Assembly: GCA_965227405.1 (NCBI GenBank)
Contig: OZ245758.1
Coordinates: 2,996,338 to 3,060,337 of the forward strand
From: Polyangiales bacterium
GTDB taxonomy: Bacteria > Myxococcota_A > Polyangia > Polyangiales > Houyiibacteriaceae
Direction: 5' to 3'
Length of the DNA: 64,000 nucleotides
Notes under the pieces: model-generated
Seen by the model: only the letters and a program-made list of their open reading frames with translations
The model's database searches: none
What the model was told of the DNA's origin: nothing
Translations under genes and position numbers: made by a program
Part shown: positions 37,329 to 47,000 of the stretch, in pieces
How the letters are laid out: each line of letters begins with the position of its first letter
How positions within the stretch are numbered: the stretch's first letter is position 1

Positions 37329-37418
37329 TGATCGGTATCCCTGCCTAAGCTTCCGTACTCCCGAGCTTCTATGCTTCCGGATCCGCGAAGCGGAATGCTG
37401 CCCACCCGGAACACAGCT

Positions 37419-38669
37419 TTAGCGACGTGAAGGTTTCGGACGACGTCGTTGGCGACGCGGCTTTCGACGCTTGGTCGGGCTCTTCGTCTTCTTGCGGCGT
37501 CCTGGCTTTGCGTCGAGATCGACAACCGGGGGCAAAGGCTCGCTGGGCGGATAGGGATGGTCCTCCACACGATCCAGGTGTTGGCCGATCAGTCGGGTGA
37601 TGTCCTCGAGATAAGGACGCTCGTCGCTCTGGCAAAACGAAAGCGCCATGCCCGAGGCGCCTGCACGTGCGGTACGGCCGATTCGATGAACGTAGGTCTC
37701 TGCGATGTTCGGGAGGTCGTAGTTGATCACGTGCGTGATGCCCTCAACGTCGATCCCGCGTGCTGCGATGTCGGTTGCAACCAGCACGTTCAGATCCCCC
37801 GAGCGAAATCCATCTAACGCCCGCGTCCGCGCGCCCTGAGACTTGTTGCCGTGGATGGCGGCCGAGTCAATGCCGGCCTTAGTGAGATGCTTGACGACCT
37901 GATTTGCACCGCGCTTGGTCCGCGTGAACACGAGCGTGTGCTCGAGCGCATCCTGCCGCAACAGCGAGACAAGTAGCTTCTTCTTATTTCCCTTGTCGAC
38001 GAAGTACACACGCTGCGTGATGTGTTCAGCGGTCGAAGAGATCGGGGCGACGGCGACCGAGACCGGATCGTCCAACAAGTCGTTGGCGAGTTCTCGGATG
38101 GGGGTCGGCATCGTTGCCGAGAAGAAGAGCGTCTGGCGCTTCGTCGGCAGCTTGGCGATCACGCGTCGAACGTCCGGCAGGAAACCCATGTCCAGCATGC
38201 GGTCCGCTTCGTCGAGCACGAACACGCTCACCTCGCTGAGATCGACGAAGCCGCGCCCCATCAAATCGAGCAAGCGACCCGGCGTCGCGACCAGAATGTC
38301 GATGCCACGTTTCAGCTCTCGAATCTGCGGCTTCTCGTTGACGCCGCCAAAGATCGTCATGTGCCAGAGCTCAAGATGTTTGCCATACGTGCGCAGACTC
38401 GCGTCGATCTGCGCCGCGAGTTCCCGAGTCGGAGTCAAGACGAGCGCGCGAATGGTCGTCTCCTCACCTGCGACCGCGTCAACGCGTTGCAGCAAGGGCA
38501 GGCCAAACGCGGCGGTCTTACCCGTGCCGGTTTGAGCACAACCAAGGACGTCTCGCCCCTTCAACGCCGGAGGGATCGCCTCGGCTTGAATCGGTGTCGG
38601 CGTGGTGTAGCCCGCGGCTTTCACGGCTTTCAACAACAGTGGGTCGAGCCCGAGATCCGCAAACGTCAC
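37419..38669 (-). CDS. rhlE: DEAD-box ATP-dependent RNA helicase (RhlE-like)
   Basis: Q-motif/GYTTPTPIQ, motif I AQTGTGKT, Ia PTRELA, DEAD, SAT, motif VI HRIGRTARAG. Basic R/K-rich C-terminal tail. Start placed at GTG 38669 (VTFADLGLDPLL, canonical DEAD-box N-terminus). The track's TTG 38717 is an alternative. Confidence 0.8.
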   Translation of the reverse strand: MTFADLGLDPLLLKAVKAAGYTTPTPIQAEAIPPALKGRDVLGCAQTGTGKTAAFGLPLLQRVDAVAGEETTIRALVLTPTRELAAQIDASLRTYGKHLELWHMTIFGGVNEKPQIRELKRGIDILVATPGRLLDLMGRGFVDLSEVSVFVLDEADRMLDMGFLPDVRRVIAKLPTKRQTLFFSATMPTPIRELANDLLDDPVSVAVAPISSTAEHITQRVYFVDKGNKKKLLVSLLRQDALEHTLVFTRTKRGANQVVKHLTKAGIDSAAIHGNKSQGARTRALDGFRSGDLNVLVATDIAARGIDVEGITHVINYDLPNIAETYVHRIGRTARAGASGMALSFCQSDERPYLEDITRLIGQHLDRVEDHPYPPSEPLPPVVDLDAKPGRRKKTKSPTKRRKPRRQRRRPKPSRR

Positions 38670-38748
38670 GCACCTACGTCGCACACTTGGCCCAAGCCGC
38701 AAGGTCGATCTAGCCAATCGGCGTCGGAATCACTCACTTAGGAACCTG

Positions 38749-39390
38749 CTAGCCGCAGCTCGCGCCACCGTTGGTGCAGTCGACACCCTGGTTCGGCATC
38801 GGCAGGTCGACGTGAATCACGACCGGGATCTCGACCGCGCGGTGTTCGAAACACGCAGCCGGCATCGGCGCGTCTGCCGGGACTTGGCAACTGGTGTCGA
38901 CCGCTGAGAGCTCACTGGCCGTGGTGCGTAGCGTGAGTTGGATGCGACCATTGTCGTATCCGTCGATGGTGACTTCGTTGGCTTCGCGTCGGCTCAGTCC
39001 ACTGGGTTGCAGCACGACTTTCCAACTGCCGTCTTCAAACGCAGGCACCGAGAAGTTCATGTAGCGAAAGTTCCCGCGCAGCGATTCCAAGGTCACGTTG
39101 TCGAGAACGGCCGGATCGAAACTGAGATAGACGCGCGGGGAACCACCTTTCACCGCGAAGTAGTCGAACGAGCGATCGCAGAGCACGCCGATGGGGCAGT
39201 GCACGTGGAGCGAGCCTTCGTCGATTGTGAGTTCGACCCCCGAAGCGTTCGTGGTCGCCCAGGTGTCGACGCGTTCGGCCATGCTGGCGGGCTCGGTCGT
39301 TTCGGTGGGTTGAGTGGGGTTTGGAGTTTCAGTCGCGTTGGTGGTGGATCCGCACGCGAGCATCAGAGCGATCAAAGCTGTTCGAACCAT
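38749..39390 (-). CDS. Hypothetical lipoprotein
   Basis: Signal MVRTALIALMLAC (lipobox). Thr/Pro linker. No known domain. Confidence 0.45.
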   Translation of the reverse strand: MVRTALIALMLACGSTTNATETPNPTQPTETTEPASMAERVDTWATTNASGVELTIDEGSLHVHCPIGVLCDRSFDYFAVKGGSPRVYLSFDPAVLDNVTLESLRGNFRYMNFSVPAFEDGSWKVVLQPSGLSRREANEVTIDGYDNGRIQLTLRTTASELSAVDTSCQVPADAPMPAACFEHRAVEIPVVIHVDLPMPNQGVDCTNGGASCG

Positions 39391-39450
39391 TGGGTACCTC
39401 CCGCATCCAAACGCTCGACTCGGCGGGTGGAGCGCGTCTTGGGCACGAGA

Positions 39451-39473
39451 GCAAAATCAGGGGGTTCCCCCTG
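39451..39473 (-). terminator. Candidate rho-independent terminator for the NMT1-like gene
   Basis: On the minus strand: GGGGG-AA-CCCCC hairpin (plus-strand cagggggttccccctg at 39458-39473) followed by a U-rich tract (plus-strand AAAAT at 39453-39457). Confidence 0.3.
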
Positions 39474-39489
39474 TGGCCTTCGACGAGGT

Positions 39490-40392
39490 TCAAGCGAAGG
39501 CGAAGTCGTTCGTCCAGAGCTCTTCGGGCGCCGGAATGCTCTGCGTCAGTCGTTTCGAGTGCAGCCACGTCGCTAGCTCCACGTAGAACGACGGGCTCAT
39601 CGAGAGGTCGAACGAAAAGCAGGGACGCGTGGCGTCGTACACCTTTCGCTCAAACGCATCATCTGAGCTTAGCTGGGCTGCTTTGCAGAACTCGGTCCAG
39701 CAGGCATCTGCGTTTGTGTAGATCTCGTCGAGACCTCGCCGGAGCAGCGCGATTGCATTGCGCACTTTGTCCGGGTCGCGCTTCAGCACCTCGGGCGTTG
39801 TCACGACGATCAACTGGCAGAAGTCTGGAATCTTCCAGTGCTTGAGCGAGAAGAGATTGACGTCATGGCCACGATGACGCGCTTCGAAGGGCTCGTAGTT
39901 GCCAAACACCAGGGTCGCGACGTCAGCATCTCCGTCGATCAAAGCATCGGTGTGTTGGAACCCTCGGTTGATGCGTTGGAAGTCGTCATCGTTCGCCGTT
40001 CCACCGTCGGCTTCGATCATGGCGCGAACAATGCCCGGACCGTTGGGGCCTGGAGCACCGGGATACTGAATGCGTGCGCCCACCATGTCGCGCGGTCGGT
40101 CGATGCCGCTCGACTTGAGGCACATCACGCCACCGTTGGTGTGGAAGAAGCGGGCGACGCCGACAAAGGGGCGCCCCGCAGCGCGCTCTTGCACCAAGTG
40201 AAGCGGTTCGGTGATCGCCAGGTCGAGCTCACCGCGTTCCAACATCGCGAGTCCGTCGAAGTGGCCTGGTGGTTGAACGATCTCGAGCTCCTCGCCGAGT
40301 TCGCGGTCCCATTGACGGAACTGCGGCACGAGGAAGGGGAGATGGTCCACATTGAGGAACCACTCCAAGCCGATCCGAATCGCCACGCCCAA
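39490..40392 (-). CDS. NMT1/THI5-like (SsuA/ThiY-type) substrate-binding domain protein
   Basis: NMT1/THI5-like signature (VAIRIGLEWFLNVDHLPFLVP...). 300-aa class. Start set at TTG 40392 or GTG 40386 so that the gene does not run through the palindromic element upstream; the track's start at 40476 is rejected. Confidence 0.5.
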   Translation of the reverse strand: MGVAIRIGLEWFLNVDHLPFLVPQFRQWDRELGEELEIVQPPGHFDGLAMLERGELDLAITEPLHLVQERAAGRPFVGVARFFHTNGGVMCLKSSGIDRPRDMVGARIQYPGAPGPNGPGIVRAMIEADGGTANDDDFQRINRGFQHTDALIDGDADVATLVFGNYEPFEARHRGHDVNLFSLKHWKIPDFCQLIVVTTPEVLKRDPDKVRNAIALLRRGLDEIYTNADACWTEFCKAAQLSSDDAFERKVYDATRPCFSFDLSMSPSFYVELATWLHSKRLTQSIPAPEELWTNDFAFA

Positions 40393-40402
40393 GCTTAGCT
40401 CA

Positions 40403-40519
40403 GTAAACCCTGGGGACAGGTAAACCTGTTTACCCAGCCTCGGCGCGGATCGGTCGCAAGTAACCACGTTTTGCAAAACGAAGGTCCGGTAAACCAGTTT
40501 ACCTGTCCCCAGGGTTTAC
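40403..40519. promoter_or_regulatory. Nested palindromic element in divergent intergenic region: 23-bp perfect inverted repeat arms, each containing GGTAAAC-N2-GTTTACC, plus central CGTTTTGCAAAACG palindrome
   Basis: Left arm 40403-40425 gtaaaccctggggacaggtaaac equals the reverse complement of 40497-40519. Perfect 14-bp palindrome cgttttgcaaaacg at 40467-40480. Located between divergent NMT1-like and PP2C genes. Confidence 0.6.
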
Positions 40520-40528
40520 TCTGCGAGG

Positions 40529-41113
40529 GTGTTGGTTTGGGCGGCGAGCGAGGTCGGCTTACGCGACGAACAACAAGATGCGTATGCCGTGCATCCTTGG
40601 TGCCTCATGGTTGCAGACGGGATGGGCGGTCACGAAGGTGGTGCGACCGCGGCACGCGTTGCAGTCGAAGCCGTTGTTGGCGAACTCGAAGAGAGTGACG
40701 ACGTCGAAAGTGCGATCGGTTGGGCGTCGCGCTGTGTTCAAGACGAAGGCGGTGGAGGCACCACGTTGGTGGTTGCACTCGTCCGCGATGGTGGAGTCAC
40801 GATCGGTTGGGTCGGCGACTCACGCGCATACCGCGTTCGCGACGGTGAAGTGGAATGCCTCACCGACGACCACGTGGGATCCGATGGCGGTCTTGCGCGT
40901 TGGCTTCCCGACGAACCTGCGCCCGATGTTGTCGAGGTCGAGTTGCGTGCTGGCGACTGCCTTGTGTTGTGCACCGATGGTGTATCGAGCGTGGCCGAAG
41001 ACGCGCTGAACCAACTTGCAGAACACGACGAACCGGCGGAGTGGCTGGTTGAACAAGCACTCGACGCAGGGTCCGACGACAACTGCACAGCGATCGTTTT
41101 TCGCGTCGCTTAG
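40529..41113 (+). CDS. PP2C-family Ser/Thr protein phosphatase (small, PrpC/Stp-like)
   Basis: Motifs DAYAV, VADGMGGHEGG, GDSRAY, DGV, DDNCTAIV. GTG start immediately after the palindromic element. Confidence 0.65.
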   Translation: MLVWAASEVGLRDEQQDAYAVHPWCLMVADGMGGHEGGATAARVAVEAVVGELEESDDVESAIGWASRCVQDEGGGGTTLVVALVRDGGVTIGWVGDSRAYRVRDGEVECLTDDHVGSDGGLARWLPDEPAPDVVEVELRAGDCLVLCTDGVSSVAEDALNQLAEHDEPAEWLVEQALDAGSDDNCTAIVFRVA

Positions 41114-41607
41114 TCCTTTGCGGGGTCGGCGCCGGCTTTCGTTCGCGACAGATGCAGCACCATCTCTTTGTGGTTCACGCGCACAGCCTTGCGAAAGAAA
41201 CGTCCGATGATCAGTCCCACCGGCTTCAACACAGCCGACTTGAGCGTGAACGTGAAACACCGCTCCACACGCGTCGACGATCCCGCTGCACTCAACGTCC
41301 ATTCCTCGGTGGCGAAGTTGACGAGCTTGTTGAACACCGACGAAAACTGGTCGATCCGGATCGCGTAGCGAGTGGGAGCATCCGCCACAGTCACGGTCTC
41401 GCGATGCGTGGAACCGTCAGTGTTGTTGACCGTCGCAGTCGAACCCACGATCGACGAGTTGCCTTCGTGCCAGTCCAGGCGAAGGATCCCGGGAATCGGT
41501 CCCCACCCAATAAAGGTCTGGTAGGCAGGAGGACTGATCAAAAACGCGTACGCGTCGTCCAACTCAAGCGGCAGTTCAAACGTCTCTTGGATTTTGACTT
41601 CGCTCAT
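41110..41607 (-). CDS. SRPBCC (START/Bet v1/polyketide-cyclase-like) lipid-binding domain protein
   Basis: About 165 aa. Start at MSEVKIQETFELP (ATG 41607). Typical SRPBCC length and beta-grip pattern. 4-nt overlap with the upstream hydroxylase gene. Confidence 0.45.
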   Translation of the reverse strand: MSEVKIQETFELPLELDDAYAFLISPPAYQTFIGWGPIPGILRLDWHEGNSSIVGSTATVNNTDGSTHRETVTVADAPTRYAIRIDQFSSVFNKLVNFATEEWTLSAAGSSTRVERCFTFTLKSAVLKPVGLIIGRFFRKAVRVNHKEMVLHLSRTKAGADPAKD

Positions 41608-42272
41608 CCTGCGGTTCCAAACAAGAGATCGGGTAGAGGTGTCAGCGACGAGTAGTTCTTCGCAAAGTCGTCCTGGTGATGCACGTGATGCTTGCGCGTC
41701 AGAAAGTTCGTCGGGCCCATCCCAGGAAGCACGAGTCCCGAGTGCACGATGATGTTCAGCATCGAGTACACGAAGAACACGATCAGAAATGCCACCCAGT
41801 GGATCGGTCCGACCACAAGCGTGGACGCGACCAAGAGTCCCAGCCCCGCCAAGAGTTCGATGGGATGCAGGTAGAAGCTCTCCAGCGCCGTCGGGTTCCG
41901 CGCCCGATGATGCACGCCGTGCACGAAACGCATGAGCTTCTTGTGGTGCATGCTTCGGTGCAACACGTAGTACGCAAAGTCGTACACGAGCAGGACCGCG
42001 AGGGTTTGCCACGTGATGGTCAGCCACGTCGCAGCCTCTAGTGTGACGATCTGCTCAAAGAGAAAGTACGTCGCGCCGATCACCGCGCTGAATGAAAGCG
42101 TGCCGATAAAGAGCATCGTCCGCGCCCGTTGTGCCCAAGGAACCTTCATCCCGGGCTTGTCGCTAATGCGGCGATGCGCAAAACGCGGCGAGCCGTGTGC
42201 CCACGTCAGGAACACCAAAAGCGCGGCGCTGATCCCCATCACCACACCGATGCCGACGAAGAACATCAACAC
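41604..42272 (-). CDS. Fatty acid hydroxylase / sterol desaturase-superfamily membrane enzyme
   Basis: Four TM helices and three histidine boxes (HRSMHH, HGVHH, HHVHH) diagnostic of the di-iron FA_hydroxylase superfamily. Confidence 0.65.
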   Translation of the reverse strand: MLMFFVGIGVVMGISAALLVFLTWAHGSPRFAHRRISDKPGMKVPWAQRARTMLFIGTLSFSAVIGATYFLFEQIVTLEAATWLTITWQTLAVLLVYDFAYYVLHRSMHHKKLMRFVHGVHHRARNPTALESFYLHPIELLAGLGLLVASTLVVGPIHWVAFLIVFFVYSMLNIIVHSGLVLPGMGPTNFLTRKHHVHHQDDFAKNYSSLTPLPDLLFGTAG

Positions 42273-42330
42273 GCGCCTACCCTAGCGCTCTGGGCGAAAT
42301 CCGCGCATTGCCGGTGTGCGCAAGCTCAGC

Positions 42331-43833
42331 TCAGCGACGTCCCGTGATCGCAATCGAAAGCGCATCAAAGCGCATCGTGTAGCGCCCACCGTTGACGATT
42401 CGCCCGCTTCCGATGGTGACTTCCTGAACGAGCTCTCCGGGAGCGGCAGTCACGCTTTCTTGAAACACGTGCATGTACGCCATGCTGATGTCGATCGGAC
42501 CAAGCCGTAGCGTCAAACCTGCGTGCAGGCCCAAACGCCGCGTGGGCTGAAAGTCGGTTTGCGCCAAGTTGGGATCAAGTCCTTTGGTTTCGAAACTCAA
42601 CCCAGCGCGTAGCGCAAAGCGATCCGGCACCACAGCGACATCACCACCCAAGCCCAAGGTGAGCTGGTCGCGAAAACCTTTCGGCACGACGGTCTCTGTA
42701 CGCACCGTCTGATCTTCGATTCGTCGGATCACACCATCGGCATCACGCGAAACAATGTCGATGGTGTTGCCATCGGGAACGCGCGCAACAAATGCGTCGA
42801 TGTGTCCCGTGCGTTCGTAGCCCATCATGAACTCGACATCCCAACGCTCGTCGTGCAGCGGGTCGCGTCGATCGGTTCGCGCGTTGGCGCGTCGATCCGC
42901 ATAGCGAATCGCCATTCGGATCTCGCGTGGTTGGGGCGTGTTTACGGTGACACCTTGCGCTCGAATGGTTTCGGGGACCCCACTACTGGGCTCGCTCGTG
43001 CCGTAAATCCCCGAGGTCAGCCGCAGACGACCATTCGCGCGCGACTTGTCCAACCAGTGGAAAAACAGGGTCACATCCAGGTTGGGATGCGGATTGAGGT
43101 GAATCGAGCCCAACACGCCGGGGATAAAGCGATCACTCGCGCGGATGTTGCTCTCCAGATCCTGCGAGGGTTCTTCGCCACCAAAGAACACCTGGTGGAT
43201 TGTCGTCTCGATGAGCGTGGCGCCCCACACAAAGCCCGCCCCGATGGATACGAAGCGTGAGGGTCGATACCCCAGCGACACCACACCACGAATCAAGCGA
43301 CCCTGTTGATCGACGAAGTTGTAACGCACGGGTTGCGGCCGAAGGTCACCCGACGCGTTGCGCACCGAGTCACCCCAGTTGAGTCGCGCGGTTCCCAGTG
43401 GTGGAAAGATGCCGAAACCCAAACCCACTTTGTCGTGAAGCCGCAGGCTGGTCATCAGGTACGGAATCACCCCGGGGGAACCATCCGCGCAGCTGCGTGG
43501 GAAGGGTTCATCGCGGTAGTCACCAAAACGACCAAACACCGTGAGTCGATCGTTGTTCGTGTCGGTGTTGGGAACGTTGTCCCCGTACACCCCACTTCGC
43601 TGCACGCAGGGTTTGAAGATCGCGATGTTAGTTCCGACTTCGATCTCGGGAAGACCGACGTCGGCCAAGAGCGCCGGGTTCATCCAACCCGCGAGTGCAG
43701 GTTCGACGCGTGCGATCGCTGCACCGCCCCGTCCCATGGGCACCGCACCGGGTGCAGCAAACGTGTACCCGCCCGCGCTCGCGCTCGACGCGAACATCAA
43801 CAATGCGCCTGTGATCGCCGCTCCCCGCCCCAT
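42331..43833 (-). CDS. Outer-membrane beta-barrel protein, FadL/TodX-like (hydrophobic compound transport)
   Basis: Signal peptide MGRGAAITGALLMFASSASAGG. Alternating amphipathic beta strands. Gly/aromatic-rich. Roughly 500 aa, as for FadL-family proteins. An upstream ATG at 43881 is an alternative. Confidence 0.45.
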   Translation of the reverse strand: MGRGAAITGALLMFASSASAGGYTFAAPGAVPMGRGGAAIARVEPALAGWMNPALLADVGLPEIEVGTNIAIFKPCVQRSGVYGDNVPNTDTNNDRLTVFGRFGDYRDEPFPRSCADGSPGVIPYLMTSLRLHDKVGLGFGIFPPLGTARLNWGDSVRNASGDLRPQPVRYNFVDQQGRLIRGVVSLGYRPSRFVSIGAGFVWGATLIETTIHQVFFGGEEPSQDLESNIRASDRFIPGVLGSIHLNPHPNLDVTLFFHWLDKSRANGRLRLTSGIYGTSEPSSGVPETIRAQGVTVNTPQPREIRMAIRYADRRANARTDRRDPLHDERWDVEFMMGYERTGHIDAFVARVPDGNTIDIVSRDADGVIRRIEDQTVRTETVVPKGFRDQLTLGLGGDVAVVPDRFALRAGLSFETKGLDPNLAQTDFQPTRRLGLHAGLTLRLGPIDISMAYMHVFQESVTAAPGELVQEVTIGSGRIVNGGRYTMRFDALSIAITGRR

Positions 43834-44040
43834 TTCGCTGACAACTCTATCACCGAGTTTGCCATTGACACGCCGCGTCAATATCGCTAAAGATTAGGAA
43901 CAAGCGGTCTTAGGCCTAATTAATTTAGGTGCAGTTCGGTGTTTGCGGAGAATCGCAGCATTTCCGTACGTGGGTCTTCGTTGAATTGCCCCGTTAGGCC
44001 GGGCCGCTGACTTGAGTTTGGCCTTCATGGCCGTGTTGGA

Positions 44041-47000
44041 GTGTCTGTGGATCCTTTCGGTCTCTACCACCCCGACTACGAGCACGACGCGTGTGGGGTT
44101 GGGTTCGTAGCCGACATTCGTGGACGCGCGTCGCACCAGATCGTGCTCGACGCCGACCAAGTGCTTTTGAACATGGAGCACCGCGGTGCATCCGGTGCCG
44201 AGGTCAACAGCGGCGACGGTGCTGGAATGCTCACCGGTTTGCCGTACCGGTTTCTCGCCAAGGTTGCGCGCAAGTCGTTTGGTGTCGACCTGCCTGAGCT
44301 TGGCGCAGTCGCAGCCGGCAACGTGTTTCTCCCGCGTGATCCCGACGAGCGCGCGCACTGCAAACGAATCTTTGAACGCATCATTCGCGAACAAGGTCAG
44401 CACTGCATGGGCTGGCGCGAAGTTCCAGTCGACCCTGATGGCGCAGATTTGGGAACGCGGGCACGTGACTCGATGCCTGCGATTGAGCAGCTCTTCGTGG
44501 CGCGCGGAGAAGGCTTCGACGAGCATCAGTTCGAACGACAGCTCTACGTGATCCGTAAACACGCAGGGACATCGCTGCGGCGCGATGCGCGACTTCGTGA
44601 AGGCCACATGGTCTACGTGTGCACGCTTTCGACGCGCGTGATCGTCTACAAGGGCATGCTGACGCCCAAGCAGTTGCTTCGCTTCTTTCCCGACCTTCGC
44701 GACTGGGACTACACGACGCACATCGCGATGGTTCACTCGCGTTTTTCGACGAATACCTTTCCCACCTGGGATCGCGCGCAGCCGCTGCGTTGCATGGCGC
44801 ACAACGGCGAAATCAACACGCTGCGCGGCAACGTGGGGTCGATGCACGACCGTGAAGGTGTGGTTCGAAGTCCGCTTTTTGGCGACGACATCGAGAAGTG
44901 TTTTCCGGTCGCCGAACCCTTCACCAGCGACTCAGGCAACTTCGACAACGTACTTGAGTTCTTGTTGATGGGCGGCCGCTCTCTTCCTTCGTCGATCATG
45001 ATGATGATCCCGGAGGCATGGCAGAAGCACGCGGAGATGAGCGCACAGAAGCGAGCGTTCTACGAGTTTCATAGCTGCGTGATGGAACCTTGGGACGGGC
45101 CGGCGTCGATGGCGTTTACCGACGGTCGGTACGCAGGTGCGGTGCTCGACCGCAATGGGTTGCGTCCAAGTCGTTACGTGCTCACGGACGACGACAAAGT
45201 TGTGATGGCCAGCGAGGTGGGCGTGCTGCCGATCCCGCAAGAGCACGTGGTGCGCAAAGGTCGGCTTCAGCCTGGCAAGATGTTCCTGATCGACTTCGAA
45301 GCGGGCCGCTTGATTCCCGATGCGGAAGTGAAGTCGATCATCACGGCGAAGAACCCGTATGCCGAGTGGTTGGAAAGTGAGCGGGTCACGCTCGATGAAC
45401 TTCCTGCCGCAAGTGCACCCGAACCGGACGCGCAAACACTCGTGCACCGGCTTCAAGCGTTTGGGTACACCACCGAGACGTTTCAGTTCTTCCTGTATCC
45501 GATGATCGCGCAGAAGCGGGATCCCTTGCTTTCGATGGGCAACGACGCCGCGCTTGCGGCTCTGAGCGACGAACCGCGGTTGCTTTACGACTACTTCAAG
45601 CAGCTCTTTGCCCAGGTCACCAACCCGCCGATCGATTCGATTCGCGAAGAGGTGGTGATGAGCCTCGGCGCGTACTGCGGTCCTGAAGGCAACGTGTTGG
45701 AACTGACGGGCAAGAACTGCCATCGGCTGCATCTTCCGCATCCGATTCTGACCAACGCAGAGATGGCTGCCGTCAAGGGCATCGATCATCGTGGATGGCG
45801 TAGTCAAACCATCGACATCACGTGGCCGCGTTCGCGCGGTGCATCGGGTCTGGATGACTCGCTGAGGCGTATTGCACTCGAAGCCGAAGCTGCAGTCGAC
45901 GCGGGGGTGCAACTGATCGTGTTGAGCGATCGTGCAACCAGCGCAGAACGTGTCCCCATTAGCTCGCTGCTGGCTGTGGGTGCGGTGCATCAACATCTCA
46001 ACCGCGTTGCAAAGCGAACGCGCGTGGGCTTGCTGGTCGAGAGCGGTGAAGCCCGCGAAGTGCATCACCATTGTTGTTTGATTGGCTTTGGTGCGGACGC
46101 GATCAATCCCTACCTCGCGTTCGAAGCGCTTGCCGATGCTCGTGAACGCGGCGTGATTGAACTCGAATCCGACGAAGCGATCGTCGCGGCGTACCGCAAG
46201 GCTGTGGGCAAAGGGATGCTCAAGGTCATGGCCAAGATGGGGATCTCGACGCTGCAGTCCTACAAGGGCGCGTGCATCTTCGAGATCTTGGGGTTGGCAC
46301 GTCCGGTCGTAGAACGCTGTTTCACCGGTGCACCCAGCCGAATCGAAGGCGTCGGCTTTGACGTATTGGCCGAAGAAGCGGTGCGGCGACACGAGCTCGG
46401 ATTTCCTTCGAGTCGAGCCCGCGCAGCCAAAACGCTTCCGAATCGGGGAACTGTGCATTGGCGGAGCAAGGGTGAGAAACACGCTTGGGATCCGACCGCG
46501 ATTCAACACCTGCAGCGTGCTGCACGCGAGAACAGCGACGAGCAGTACTGGGCGTTTGCCAACCACCTGGATGCGCAAGAACGCACGCGTTGTTCGCTTC
46601 GTGGGTTGATGCGCTTTCGTCCCACGACACCGGTGCCGCTCGATGAAGTTGAACCCGCTGCAGCGATCGTGAAGCGCTTTGTCACGGGTGCGATGAGCTT
46701 CGGTTCGATCTCGGCCGAAGCGCACGAGACGTTGGCGCGCGCGATGAACTCGCTGGGCGGCAAGAGCAACTCGGGTGAGGGGGGCGAGGATCCCAAGCGC
46801 TACCTGCCGCTGAGTGATGGTCGTCCCAACCCGCGGCGCAGTCGCATCAAGCAGATTGCGTCGGGTCGCTTTGGCGTGACCATCGAATACTTGGCCAGTG
46901 CGGACGAGCTACAGATCAAGATGGCGCAGGGTGCGAAGCCCGGCGAAGGCGGCGAGCTTCCGGGTCGCAAAGTCGACGCGCGCATCGCCAAGATTCGTCA

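Noticed and set aside
39490-40476. Track start at 40476 for the NMT1-like gene
   Set aside because: That N-terminal extension (MQNVVTCDRSAPRLGKQVYLSPGFTE) would be translated straight through the 23-bp inverted-repeat arm and palindromes. A TTG/GTG start at 40392/40386 just before the conserved VAIRIGLEWFLNVDH core is more plausible.
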